Part shown: positions 27,534 to 36,729 of the stretch, piece by piece
Numbering within the stretch: the first letter of the stretch is position 1
Layout of the letters: each line of letters begins with the position of its first letter
DNA from: Bacteroidota bacterium
Lineage (GTDB): Bacteria > Bacteroidota > Bacteroidia > J057 > JAJTIE01
DNA length: 64,000 bases
Direction of reading: 5' to 3'
Assembly: GCA_021300195.1 (NCBI GenBank)
Contig: JAJTIE010000018.1
Coordinates: 84,393-148,392 of the forward strand
The notes under the pieces: generated by a model
What the model was told of the DNA's origin: nothing
Database searches by the model: none
Seen by the model: only the letters and a program-made list of their open reading frames with translations
Translations under genes and position numbers: made by a program

Positions 27534-28277
27534 CTAAAGCGCCGGCGGGCTTTTAGGGTTCAAAGGGACTTCTTGCCTCCAAACACCCACTTGCTCGGGG
27601 TGGTAGTCTTCGTAAAGAAAAGATGCCCGGTGCTCGGCTGGTGCCAGTACTACCTGGCATAGGCTAACGGTGCGTAGGTCTGCCACCGGTGGCAGGTGTA
27701 TGCCCGCGCTGTCTGTTTGGCTACCTGGCTGCAGGTGGAAATCGCGCAGGGCCGCGGGGGTCGGGTCCGCTTGCTGTACCAGGAAGCGCGCATAGGCTGC
27801 CTGCCTGCCCGCCTGCACCGCTGGGGTGTATAGGGTAGCACTGGCAAACAAGACGGGTTCGGCTGTGGGTAGCTGCCTAGCGTGGGCCTGGCTGCCATCC
27901 CATACCAGGCTATACAGGGCTTCGTGCTCATATACCACCAGGGTGAAGGGCTCCAGGCCCTGTAGTGCATAGCGCGTGTGGAATGCAGAAAAATCGGGAT
28001 AATCAAAATACTGTGTTACCACCAGTCCGCGGCTGTGCCGGTAGGGCGGTTGGCGCTCGTGGCGCACAAAGGCCCCGTTTAGCAGGCAGGCAAAGCGGCC
28101 CCGCTCGCCCAGGGCTATCCAGCTCCCCAGCCCCTGCGGGTCCAGCGGGTACCAGCGGGCCTCGGCCCCGGTGGGTGCATGCCGCTCGGGCAGCAGGGCA
28201 GCAGGCCTGCTACTCCGCTCGTCGCGGCTGAAGGTAAACGCCCTGCGTATACCTGGGTGATAAGTAAGCGTACACAC
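27534..28277 (-). CDS. NRDE / TANGO2-like family protein
   Basis: 247 aa. Begins MCTLTY... (Cys2, as in the NRDE family). GTG start. Family assignment is from memory of the N-terminal pattern. Confidence 0.55.
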   Translation of the reverse strand: MCTLTYHPGIRRAFTFSRDERSSRPAALLPERHAPTGAEARWYPLDPQGLGSWIALGERGRFACLLNGAFVRHERQPPYRHSRGLVVTQYFDYPDFSAFHTRYALQGLEPFTLVVYEHEALYSLVWDGSQAHARQLPTAEPVLFASATLYTPAVQAGRQAAYARFLVQQADPTPAALRDFHLQPGSQTDSAGIHLPPVADLRTVSLCQVVLAPAEHRASFLYEDYHPEQVGVWRQEVPLNPKSPPAL

Positions 28278-28339
28278 TTCTTTTTATTCCGCTTCTTTTG
28301 TTCACCAGGCACGTGCTGGGCCGGCGGCTGGGGTTTTTG

Positions 28340-30172
28340 CTATACCTGGAACTGCATTTCGTACAGGCGTGCATACACGCCGCCCTTGGCCAGTAGTGCT
28401 TCATGCGTCCCCTCTTCTACCATTACGCCTTCTTCTATCACCACGATACGGTCTACATTCCGCACCGTGCTCAGCCGGTGGGCAATGATGATGCTGGTGC
28501 GGCCTTCCATAATACGATCCAGCGCCTGCTGCACAATTTTTTCGCTCTGGTTGTCCAGTGCACTGGTGGCTTCGTCCAGGATGAGTATATCCGGATTGTG
28601 CAGGATGGCCCGCGCAATGCACAGCCGCTGCCGCTGGCCGCCACTCAGGGCACCCCCCCGCTCTCCTATCAGGGTGTCATAGCCCTGCTCCATTTGCAGG
28701 ATGAAATCGTGTGCATTGGCAATCTTGGCGGCTGCAATTACCCGCTCCAGCGGGGTATCGGGCCGGCCAAAGGCGATGTTGTGGTACACGGTGTCGTTGA
28801 ACAGGATCGCCTCCTGGGTTACAATGCCCATGCTGCTGCGCAGGGCTGTCGCGTTCAGGTTTCGGTAGTCGGTTCCATCCAGCAGGATGGCTCCCTCGGT
28901 GGGGTCGTGAAAGCGGGCTATCAGGTCGGCCAGCGTGCTCTTTCCGCCGCCGCTGGGCCCTACTAGCGCTATCTTCTCGCCTTTCTTTATCTCCAGCTGG
29001 ATGCCCTTGAGTACCTCTTTGCTGTCGGGTTCGTAGCGGAAGCGTAGCTTGCGGATGCTGAGCCCATGTTTTAGCCGGACGCTTTGCTGCCCCGTATCGG
29101 ACTCGGCATCTCGCACCGGTTCGTCTAGCAGCTCCTTTACCCGGTCATAGCTTACCAGTGCCTTCTGCACCCGGTTCAGGGCGCTGGTAAAAGTCTTGAT
29201 AGGTGCAATGAACTGGGAGAAAAAGATGATGAAACCAATAAACTGGGCCCCACTCATCTCGCTAGCGCCCTGTACAATGAGGCTGCCGCCGTACAAAATG
29301 ATGACCAGGACGACGAGTATGGTGAGCACCTCGTTTACCGGGCTTGCTATGGACTCTCGCTCGCGGAATCGCACCATCTCGTGCGAGTATTTCCCGTTGA
29401 TCTCGCGGTAGCGGCGGCGTACGTACTGCTCGGCCGCAAAGGCACGGACGATGCGGATGCCACTCAGAAATTCATCCAGGTAGGATACCAGCACGTCCAG
29501 ATTGGCCTGGCCCCGCCTGGCCCGCTTTTTCAGGCTCTTGTTTACCCGGCTGATTACGTAGCCGGTAAGCGGCAGCACCAGTAGCGTAAAGAGCGTGAGC
29601 TTCCAGCTGAGAAACAGCATGGCCAGCAGCAAAAAGAGCATGCTTAGCGGATCTCGAAAAAGCGGCATTAGTGTGCCAATGACCGCTTCCTGGATGATCT
29701 GTACATCATTGACCACCAGCGTCATCAGCCCCCCCTTCCGCATCCGGGTGTAGTAGGGCAGCCCCAGGCGGTTCAGGTGGTCAAAGATCACGTTGCGCAT
29801 TTCCTCTATTACCCCCTGCTCCACCGGGGCCAGCACCCAGCTGCTGAGCAGGCGAAAGAAGTTTTTGATCACCACCAGCAGGAACAAAACCCCGCTGAAT
29901 AGATAGAGCACCTGCATCTTGCCATAAGCCAGGATGTTTTCCGTTATCCAAAACTCGCCGTAGGCCTTGATGTACGTTCCGCTAAGCTGGAACGGACCAG
30001 GATCCACGGGCTGGGTGGGCTGCCCAGGCTCGAAGAGGATCTGCAAGAAGGGAATGGCCATCCCCAGGCTGAAGATGCCAAAGAGGTTGAACAGTACCAG
30101 AAATACAAAGGACAGGATGAGCTGGGTGCGGTAGGCGCGGCCATAGGCCAGGATGGCCCAGAATTTTCTCAT
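28340..30172 (-). CDS. ABC transporter, fused permease/ATPase (MsbA-like exporter)
   Basis: 610 aa. Six-helix TMD, Walker A GPSGGGKST, signature LSGGQRQR, and Walker B ILILDEATSALD. Confidence 0.88.
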   Translation of the reverse strand: MRKFWAILAYGRAYRTQLILSFVFLVLFNLFGIFSLGMAIPFLQILFEPGQPTQPVDPGPFQLSGTYIKAYGEFWITENILAYGKMQVLYLFSGVLFLLVVIKNFFRLLSSWVLAPVEQGVIEEMRNVIFDHLNRLGLPYYTRMRKGGLMTLVVNDVQIIQEAVIGTLMPLFRDPLSMLFLLLAMLFLSWKLTLFTLLVLPLTGYVISRVNKSLKKRARRGQANLDVLVSYLDEFLSGIRIVRAFAAEQYVRRRYREINGKYSHEMVRFRERESIASPVNEVLTILVVLVIILYGGSLIVQGASEMSGAQFIGFIIFFSQFIAPIKTFTSALNRVQKALVSYDRVKELLDEPVRDAESDTGQQSVRLKHGLSIRKLRFRYEPDSKEVLKGIQLEIKKGEKIALVGPSGGGKSTLADLIARFHDPTEGAILLDGTDYRNLNATALRSSMGIVTQEAILFNDTVYHNIAFGRPDTPLERVIAAAKIANAHDFILQMEQGYDTLIGERGGALSGGQRQRLCIARAILHNPDILILDEATSALDNQSEKIVQQALDRIMEGRTSIIIAHRLSTVRNVDRIVVIEEGVMVEEGTHEALLAKGGVYARLYEMQFQV

Positions 30173-31185
30173 AGGGGTGCTAGTTGGATATTCAGCGCGG
30201 CTTCTACCTCCTGGCGCAGTGCTTCTATGCTTAGCCAGTCTGCCGGCCTGTTGCTGTGGTAGCTGAAGTCTTGTTCCACCCGCTTGCCCTTAAAGTATGC
30301 GAGGTATTCGTCCGTATCCCATAGGGGCAGGGTAGGGCCAATTACATAATGCTTGGCAAACTCGAGGGTGTTCAGCGCGTCTGATGGGGTAATCAGGTCT
30401 TCGTGCAGCTTCTCTCCTGGCCGTATGCCAATGATCTGCTGCCTACAGTCTGGGCCTATGGCTGTGGCCAGGTCGGCCACACGGAAGCAGGGGATTTTGG
30501 GGATAAAGATCTCTCCGCCCCAGCTGTGGGCCAGGGCATACAGCAGCAGCTCTATGCAGCGGTCTAGCCGAATGCCAAAGCGCGTCATGTCCGGATGGGT
30601 GATTGGCAGCACACCGGTATGGCGAGCTTTCAGGAAATGGGGCACCACGCTGCCACGGCTACCCATAAAGTTGCCGTAGCGCACTACAGAGAACTGTGTG
30701 GCCTCATTGCGCTGCGCCAGGTTGTTGGCTGCAATAAAGAGCTTGTCGGCACACAGCTTGCTGGCACCATACAGGTTTATGGGGGCAGCGGCCTTGTCTG
30801 TACTCAGGGCTATCACGCGCTTTACACCCGTCTCCAGGGCGGCGTTGATCAGGTTTTCGGCCCCCATCACATTGGTGCGTATGCACTCCCAGGGGTTTTC
30901 TTCGGCTATGGGCACGTGCTTCAGTGCTGCGGCATGCACCACATAGTCTACCCCCTGCAGGCTGCGTATCAGGCGCTGCTCATCGCGCACATCGCCCAGC
31001 ACAAAGCGCAGCGCCGGGTAGCGTGCACGTGGATACTCCTGGGCCATCTCATATTGCTTCTGCTCATCTCGGCTGAAGATGATGAGCTGCCCGATATCCG
31101 GATACTGGCCCAGTATCTGGCGCACAAAGGCCCTGCCGAAGGAGCCGGTTCCTCCTGTTATGAGCAAGGAAGCATCGCGTAGCAT
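30169..31185 (-). CDS. UDP-N-acetylglucosamine 4,6-dehydratase (PseB/FlaA1/CapD-like short-chain dehydratase)
   Basis: ATG at 31185 (MLRDASLLITGGTGSFG). YGASK catalytic motif. About 338 aa, typical of inverting 4,6-dehydratases. Its stop overlaps the ABC start as ATGA. Confidence 0.8.
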   Translation of the reverse strand: MLRDASLLITGGTGSFGRAFVRQILGQYPDIGQLIIFSRDEQKQYEMAQEYPRARYPALRFVLGDVRDEQRLIRSLQGVDYVVHAAALKHVPIAEENPWECIRTNVMGAENLINAALETGVKRVIALSTDKAAAPINLYGASKLCADKLFIAANNLAQRNEATQFSVVRYGNFMGSRGSVVPHFLKARHTGVLPITHPDMTRFGIRLDRCIELLLYALAHSWGGEIFIPKIPCFRVADLATAIGPDCRQQIIGIRPGEKLHEDLITPSDALNTLEFAKHYVIGPTLPLWDTDEYLAYFKGKRVEQDFSYHSNRPADWLSIEALRQEVEAALNIQLAPL

Positions 31186-31190
31186 GTGCA

Positions 31191-31198
31191 CAAAGGTA
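31191..31198 (-). promoter_or_regulatory. -7 box (TACCTTTG on the minus strand), 5 nt from ATG 31185
   Basis: The plus strand reads CAAAGGTA. The minus strand reads TACCTTTG-TGCAC-ATG. Confidence 0.45.
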
Positions 31199-31306
31199 GC
31201 TTTTTCTGCTGCAGGCCCTGCACGGCCCAGGGGCTGAGCCTAGGCTTTTTGGGGTAGCAAAAGCTTTAAAGATTGTTAAGGCGCCGCCTGGCTGGCTAGA
31301 TGCGCG

Positions 31307-31314
31307 TATTTTTG
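31307..31314 (+). promoter_or_regulatory. -7 box (TATTTTTG), 5 nt from ATG 31320
   Basis: Exact TAnnTTTG match, then the spacer CGTGC, then the ATG of the histidine kinase. Confidence 0.45.
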
Positions 31315-31319
31315 CGTGC

Positions 31320-32951
31320 ATGCACATCTGGCAGCAGTATTTCCCTTTTCTGCGCTGGCGCCAGAGCCAGTGGCTGATGCTGTGCATGGCGCTGGCGATG
31401 GCGGGCATCGTGTGGGTGCAGGCGCGCTGGGTGGGTGTGGGCCTGAATACGCAGCGCGCACTGCGCCTGGAGAAAGCCCGCTCGGCAGCCCAGAAGCTAG
31501 CCGAACAGCTGCAGTATACCGAGACTACGGAGCGCACCCAGCTGCAGTTTCGAGAGATGGCCGATACCCTGCGCACCCTGCGCGATGCCCTGGGCGAGCT
31601 GGCAGGGCCTGTGCTAGGGGGCGGGGTGCGTGCTGAAGAGGATGCGTACTATAAGATCCCCCGGAGCCACATGCGTATGGAGCATGTGCGAGATACCCTG
31701 ATCTTCCATACCGATACGCTGATTATGGGTAGGCTGGCCCCCCGCTACTATACCGATACCACCTATGTGCTGCGCCAGCGGCCGGGCGCCCGGCCCCAAG
31801 ACAGCCTGCAGCGCCAGCGCCAGCAGGCGCAGCAGCGCTACCAGTATCTGCTGGATAGCAGCCGGCGGGTGCTAGACCGCGTGTTTGTGCAGATGATAGC
31901 CCCGCAACCCCTGGCTAGCCACCAGCTGGACAGCCTGTACCTGGCCGAGCAGCTGCATGCCAGCCTGGCTGCAGCGGGCATCCACGAGACCGTGAACTTC
32001 AGCCTGCTGCGCAGGCTACCGGATGGAGATCAGCGCCTCTATGTACCAGCCCAGCCTGCCGGGTCAGACTCGGTGGTGGTGCAGCTTTTCACCCGGCAGG
32101 TTTTTACCCCGGATACCTACCTTACCCTTTATCTACCCCCCAACTATGCCTGGCTGCTGCTGGGCATGTGGGGCGAGATAGGCCTAAGCATGCTACTGCT
32201 GCTCTGCCTCTGGGCCCTCTTTGCCTACACCCTGCGGGCACTACGCCGGCAGAAGCGGCTGAGTGCCATGAAGACAGACTTCATAAACAACATGACGCAC
32301 GAGCTGAAGACCCCCCTGGCTACAATCGGCATAGCTGCCGAGGCCCTATACCGTGCCCGAGAGCCACTACCCCAGCAGCGCGTACAGCGCTATGCCGGCA
32401 TTATACAGGAGGAGAGCCAGCGCCTAAGCCAGCAGGTAACCCGCGTGCTGCAAACGGTGGAGCTGAAGCATGGCAGGGCCTATATGCCCGAGCGTGTGGC
32501 CCTGCAGCCTGTGTTTGCCGCGCTGGGCCAGCAGTTTATGCTAGCGCTGGAGCAGGCGGAGGGCCAGATGGATACCCACCTGGCAGAGCCGGACGCGCAC
32601 CTGCTGGCCGACCCCATACACCTGCACCAGGTGCTGGCAAACCTGATAGATAATGCCCTGAAGTATGCCGGCCCCAAGCCCCGGATTGTCCTGCAAGCCT
32701 ACCCACTGCCGGGCTACTACGCCCTGCAGGTGGTAGACCAGGGGCCGGGCATGGATGCAAAAGTGCTGAAGCATATCTTCGAACCCTTCTACCGCAGCCA
32801 GACCGGAAACCGGCAGGATACGCGGGGCTATGGCCTGGGCCTAAGCTACGTACAGTCGGTTATGCTGGGCCACAATGGCCGGGTGGAGGTGCAGAGCCAG
32901 CTGGGCCGTGGCACTACGTTCACCTTATTCTTTCCGCATGACCAAAGCTAA
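31320..32951 (+). CDS. Sensor histidine kinase
   Basis: 543 aa. N-terminal TM helix, a second TM (LLLGMWGEIGLSMLLLLCLWALFAY), H-box FINNMTHELKTPL, N-box LIDNALKY, and G-boxes DQGPGM / GYGLGL. Confidence 0.88.
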   Translation: MHIWQQYFPFLRWRQSQWLMLCMALAMAGIVWVQARWVGVGLNTQRALRLEKARSAAQKLAEQLQYTETTERTQLQFREMADTLRTLRDALGELAGPVLGGGVRAEEDAYYKIPRSHMRMEHVRDTLIFHTDTLIMGRLAPRYYTDTTYVLRQRPGARPQDSLQRQRQQAQQRYQYLLDSSRRVLDRVFVQMIAPQPLASHQLDSLYLAEQLHASLAAAGIHETVNFSLLRRLPDGDQRLYVPAQPAGSDSVVVQLFTRQVFTPDTYLTLYLPPNYAWLLLGMWGEIGLSMLLLLCLWALFAYTLRALRRQKRLSAMKTDFINNMTHELKTPLATIGIAAEALYRAREPLPQQRVQRYAGIIQEESQRLSQQVTRVLQTVELKHGRAYMPERVALQPVFAALGQQFMLALEQAEGQMDTHLAEPDAHLLADPIHLHQVLANLIDNALKYAGPKPRIVLQAYPLPGYYALQVVDQGPGMDAKVLKHIFEPFYRSQTGNRQDTRGYGLGLSYVQSVMLGHNGRVEVQSQLGRGTTFTLFFPHDQS

Positions 32952-33630
32952 AATTCTTCTTGCCGAGGATGACCCGAACCTGGGGCTGCTCCTGCAGGAA
33001 TATCTGGAAGAGCAGGGCTATAGCGTGAGCCTATGCCGAGATGGCCTGGAGGCCGAGCACGTATGCCATAGCCTACAGCCGGATGTGTGTGTGCTGGATG
33101 TAATGATGCCTAAGAGAGACGGCTTTGAACTGGCGGCCCTGCTGAAACAGCAGCGGCCCACTCTGCCCATCATCTTTACTACAGCCCGGGGCCGGATAGA
33201 AGACAAGGCAGAGGGCTTTGCCCTGGGGGCGGACGACTATCTGACCAAACCCTTTAGCGTAGAGGAGCTGGTGATGCGTGTAGAGGCCGTGCTAAAACGC
33301 AGCCAGGGCCAGGCTACGGACCAGGATACCTACGAGATAGGAACCTATCAGTTTAGCTACCCCAAGCGAACCCTGAGCCATAGGGGCGGCGAAGTGCAGC
33401 GGCTGAGCAGCAAGGAAAGCGAGCTGCTAAAGATGCTATGCCTGCACTGGGGCCACCTGCTGACTCGGGAGCAAGCCCTGGCCCGCATATGGGGCGGACA
33501 CAACTACTACACCAGCCGTAGCATGGACGTATACATCACCAAGCTGCGTAAGTACCTGAGGCAGGACCCCCGGCTGGAAATCTTGAATGTACATGGGGAG
33601 GGTTTCAAGCTGCTGCTCCACCCGGACTGA
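32938..33630 (+). CDS. OmpR-family response regulator
   Basis: I trimmed the ORF to the ATG at 32938 (MTKAKILLAEDDPNLG). Receiver domain (DVMMPKRDG, phospho-Asp context) plus a winged-helix C-terminus (LTREQAL..IWG......SRSMDVYITKLRKYL). It overlaps the kinase stop by 14 nt. Confidence 0.88.
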   Translation: MTKAKILLAEDDPNLGLLLQEYLEEQGYSVSLCRDGLEAEHVCHSLQPDVCVLDVMMPKRDGFELAALLKQQRPTLPIIFTTARGRIEDKAEGFALGADDYLTKPFSVEELVMRVEAVLKRSQGQATDQDTYEIGTYQFSYPKRTLSHRGGEVQRLSSKESELLKMLCLHWGHLLTREQALARIWGGHNYYTSRSMDVYITKLRKYLRQDPRLEILNVHGEGFKLLLHPD

Positions 33631-33716
33631 GTCTTCGCTTCCCGCACCCCCATCTCCGCGTTCACCAAAGCACCCCCGCTGCGCCGTGCGCTAGTGGTTT
33701 GTATGGGAGTAGAAAT

Positions 33717-33738
33717 CAGCCGGATCTACTTCCGGCTG
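33717..33738. terminator. Perfect 8-bp hairpin between convergent transcription units
   Basis: CAGCCGGA-tctact-TCCGGCTG. It lies 87 nt after the response-regulator stop and overlaps the stop of the small minus-strand ORF. Confidence 0.4.
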
Positions 33739-33905
33739 CCCGGATCTTTTCCCCGCTGCTCGGCAATCTCGCGATCCGTCAGGAAATATCCGGCCTCCAG
33801 ATCTGAGGCTGCAATGGGGATAAAGCGGCCATTACTGTAGTCCACCACCCAGCGCGTGGGCTTGGATGGGTTGGGCTTCTCTTCCTTGTTGCGTATCATT
33901 GCCAT
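33726..33905 (-). CDS. Possible 59-aa small protein (hypothetical)
   Basis: This is the C-terminal part of a 144-aa track ORF. I kept only MAMIRNKEEKPNPSKPTRWVVDYSNGRFIPIAASDLEAGYFLTDREIAEQRGKDPGSRK, which reads like a real protein. The upstream part crosses an AT-rich, promoter-like stretch and is Cys/Arg-rich. No family recognised. Confidence 0.3.
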   Translation of the reverse strand: MAMIRNKEEKPNPSKPTRWVVDYSNGRFIPIAASDLEAGYFLTDREIAEQRGKDPGSRK

Positions 33906-34187
33906 GGTTAGTTTGTGGTTGTAATCCTGTGGATAAATAAACGAAACCTTTTGTGTTTTCAACACGGCCTCGATTAATAATCCCAAAAATTCGTTTAAGG
34001 TAGCTCTTGTATCGACGCTGCACAGGGCCTTGTCTCTGGCTGGTAGCCAGTAGCGGCAGCGCGTAGCGGCGCTGGTGTACAGCGTGCCACACACTACCAT
34101 CTTTGTATGGCTAGGCATGTACCGTCGGGCTTCCATTGGGGCGCGTGGGCGCCCGCTCATTTTAGACGGCGAAAAAAACCAGGGTTG

Positions 34188-34679
34188 TCAGTCTGTAGGG
34201 CGGCCATCGGCATCATCCTCCGTCGGGCCAGCATGGCCGGGCGCACCCTTTTCCGTAGGGGCATCCAGCCCCTGTGCATCCGGTATGGGCGCACCATGGG
34301 GGTCGTAGCGGGGGTAGCCCAGGTAGGCATCCAGTCGCTGGATAAGCAGCGGGTGCTGCACATGCTCCAGCTGCTCGGCCACCTCGTGCACCTGCTCCCA
34401 GCCGAACTGTAGTTTCTCTACCAGGAAGGTTTCCCACAGCCGGTGCTTCCGGATGATGGAGCGTGCCAGCCGGGTGCCCTTCTCGGTCATGCGTGCACCG
34501 TAGTAGCGCTTGTACACCAGGTAGCCCTTCTCGCTCAGCCGCCGCAGCATATCGCTCGCCGAGGCGGCGCTGGTGCCCAGCTCTCGGGCCAGCACGTTGG
34601 TACTTACAGGCTGGTCATTCCCACTCAGCTTATAGATCGCCTTCAGGTAGTTTTCTTCGGATATCGTGGGCGTTGACAT
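34188..34679 (-). CDS. DtxR/MntR-family metal-dependent transcriptional repressor
   Basis: 163 aa. ENYLKAIYKL......V.T..LA..LG.S..S...ML..L...GYL, then RKHRLWETFLV and the metal-site region HEVAEQLEH. Confidence 0.85.
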   Translation of the reverse strand: MSTPTISEENYLKAIYKLSGNDQPVSTNVLARELGTSAASASDMLRRLSEKGYLVYKRYYGARMTEKGTRLARSIIRKHRLWETFLVEKLQFGWEQVHEVAEQLEHVQHPLLIQRLDAYLGYPRYDPHGAPIPDAQGLDAPTEKGAPGHAGPTEDDADGRPTD

Positions 34680-34740
34680 CAGCTTCTGGAGAGTGGTGGG
34701 GTGGGGGGGGTCCTGTTTTGCCCGGGTGTAGCTGTAGGCC

Positions 34741-35148
34741 CTACCGTGGGCGGCCCGGGTTTAGTTCTGCCAGCCGTGCCTCGAAAATAGCTTTTTCCAG
34801 GATGCGCTGCTCCTGTTCTCCCCGCGCGATCAGGCGCTGGCCCACCCGCGCCTCGTAGGCGCAGCGGATGCGGCTACCCGATACGGACAGCAGCGTAGCG
34901 CAAATGTCTACCGTAGCCCCCAGCGGGGCTGGCCCCAGGTGCTCAATACTGAGGTAGGTGCCGATCCCCTCCTCGCCCTCCTCTAGCATTTGCAGCACAA
35001 ATAGCCGACAGCACCATTCGGCATCGCGGCCCAGGGCAAAGGTGCTGTACAGTGGGTGCACCTGCTGCCCCTGGAAGCTGGCCAAGTCTGCTGGGCCCAC
35101 CACCACCTGATATACCTGCCGGTCTCCGGGCTGGAAGGGGTTTTTCAT
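34741..35148 (-). CDS. Hotdog-fold thioesterase-like protein
   Basis: I trimmed the ORF to the ATG at 35148 (MKNPFQPGDRQVYQVVV...). At about 135 aa, its pattern is similar to fluoroacetyl-CoA-thioesterase-like hotdog proteins. Moderate call. Confidence 0.55.
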   Translation of the reverse strand: MKNPFQPGDRQVYQVVVGPADLASFQGQQVHPLYSTFALGRDAEWCCRLFVLQMLEEGEEGIGTYLSIEHLGPAPLGATVDICATLLSVSGSRIRCAYEARVGQRLIARGEQEQRILEKAIFEARLAELNPGRPR

Positions 35149-35192
35149 CGGGACGATAGTGAGCAGGGTGGTGGGATAGGCCGGTAGGTGTG

Positions 35193-36032
35193 TTAGGTGG
35201 CGTTTGCCCGGCGGGCGGGCCGAAACAGTAGCCATAGCCCTATAAGCACAAAGGGAATACTCAGTTGCTGGCCTACCTTCAGGCCACTGATTAGGCCGCC
35301 CGACCCGGAATGGGCCTGCTCCAGCTTGGTATACTCCAGCAGGAAGCGGCTGGCAAACAGGAGCACCAGAAACAGGCCCCCCAGGCGGCCAGCCTGCCAG
35401 CTGCGTCCCCTGCGCAGATAAGCGTAGTGCAGGGCAAAAAACAGGATCAGCACTGCTATCGCCTCATACAGCTGGCTGGGGTGTCGTGGTGCTAGCCGGT
35501 CGGCCAAGGGTACCTTTGGGCCTTCAAAATATACGCCCCAGGGGAGGTCTGTTACATACCCATAGATCTCACCATTCACAAAGTTGCCCAGGCGGATGAA
35601 CATGCCCCCTAGCAGGATAACGGGCCCTATGCGGTCTAGCAGCCAGATGAAGGACTGATCGGGGTGCCGATGGCCCCAGTAGAGCAGCACGGCCAAGATC
35701 ATGATGCCAGCCCCATGGCTGGCCAGGCCCCCATCGCGGATGTAGAGCACGCTGATGGGATTGGCCACGAGGGCATCAAAGTCATAGAACAGCATATGCC
35801 CAAGCCGCGCCCCCACGATTGTACCCAGGATGATCCACATGCTTAGCCGATCCAAGTCTTCCAGGCTGCGGCCCTCGCGCCGGTATACCCAGCGCATGTA
35901 GTAGTGCCCGGCCAGAAAAGCCACGGCAAACAAAATACCATACCAGGCAATGTCGAGCCCGAAAGGCGAGAAGGCAATGGGGTCTGGGCCCCAATGGATG
36001 GCGGCTGTCATACCCGGCAAGTTAGCCATCAT
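35193..36032 (-). CDS. lgt: Prolipoprotein diacylglyceryl transferase
   Basis: IAWYGILFAVAFLAGHYY, GARLGHMLFY, GGLASHGAGI, and RHPSQLYEA motifs. The start is uncertain (ATG 36032/36029, or a later Met; the GTG 36095 extension is unlikely). Confidence 0.85.
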   Translation of the reverse strand: MMANLPGMTAAIHWGPDPIAFSPFGLDIAWYGILFAVAFLAGHYYMRWVYRREGRSLEDLDRLSMWIILGTIVGARLGHMLFYDFDALVANPISVLYIRDGGLASHGAGIMILAVLLYWGHRHPDQSFIWLLDRIGPVILLGGMFIRLGNFVNGEIYGYVTDLPWGVYFEGPKVPLADRLAPRHPSQLYEAIAVLILFFALHYAYLRRGRSWQAGRLGGLFLVLLFASRFLLEYTKLEQAHSGSGGLISGLKVGQQLSIPFVLIGLWLLFRPARRANAT

Positions 36033-36160
36033 TCCCCAGCTGCCATATACAAAAGTGAAAAAGACAAAGTGGCAGAAAGGAACGGCATAAGCCACAGCGG
36101 GGTTTAGTTGGTATCGCTTTTGCGGTACTATTCCATGTGTAGGAATAGCCTAACTGACAG

Positions 36161-36676
36161 ATGGCCGTGCAAGAAGAAATTGTGAACAAAGTAGCCCAGA
36201 GTGGCCTCGTTACCCTGAATCTGGAGCAGTATGCCCCTACGCAGGCAGTGGTGGGTATGGACATAAAGGAACAGCTGTTTCAGGGCCTCATCCTGCGCGA
36301 AAAGGACTTTCGGGCCTGGGTAGATACCCACGACTGGGCCGCCTATGCAGGCAAGCACGTGGCTATACACTGTAGTGCCGATGCCATTGTGCCCACTTGG
36401 GCCTATATGCTACTTACCACCCGGCTGGCACAGGCAGCTTCCGTTGTGTTTGCCACACCCGACCACCGGCGGGACGAGCTGTACCGCACTGCCCTGCTGC
36501 AGGCCCTGGATCCGGCCGCTTACGCCGATGCACGGGTGATCCTGAAGGGCTGTGGCAGCGTTCCCATCAGCGCCTATGTAGAGGCTAGCCGCATCCTGAA
36601 GCCGGTAGTGAAAAGCCTGATGTACGGAGAGCCCTGTAGCACGGTGCCCATCTACAAAAAGCCTAAAACTCCCTGA
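36161..36676 (+). CDS. DUF2480-family protein
   Basis: 171 aa. EEIVNKVAQSGLVTLNLEQY.P....V..DIK..LF.GLILREKDFR.WV..HDW..Y matches my memory of the Bacteroidota DUF2480 family. Confidence 0.65.
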   Translation: MAVQEEIVNKVAQSGLVTLNLEQYAPTQAVVGMDIKEQLFQGLILREKDFRAWVDTHDWAAYAGKHVAIHCSADAIVPTWAYMLLTTRLAQAASVVFATPDHRRDELYRTALLQALDPAAYADARVILKGCGSVPISAYVEASRILKPVVKSLMYGEPCSTVPIYKKPKTP

Positions 36677-36729
36677 TTTTTAGTATCTTTCAGTCATAAT
36701 TCTCCCGAAAACAATTTTACATCCGCCAC

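Noticed and set aside
33701-33716. A GGGAGTAG string reminiscent of the yybP-ykoY (Mn2+) riboswitch core, near the MntR-like gene.
   Set aside because: It sits on the plus strand after the response-regulator stop, with no downstream plus-strand gene, and the rest of the four-way-junction consensus is not evident.
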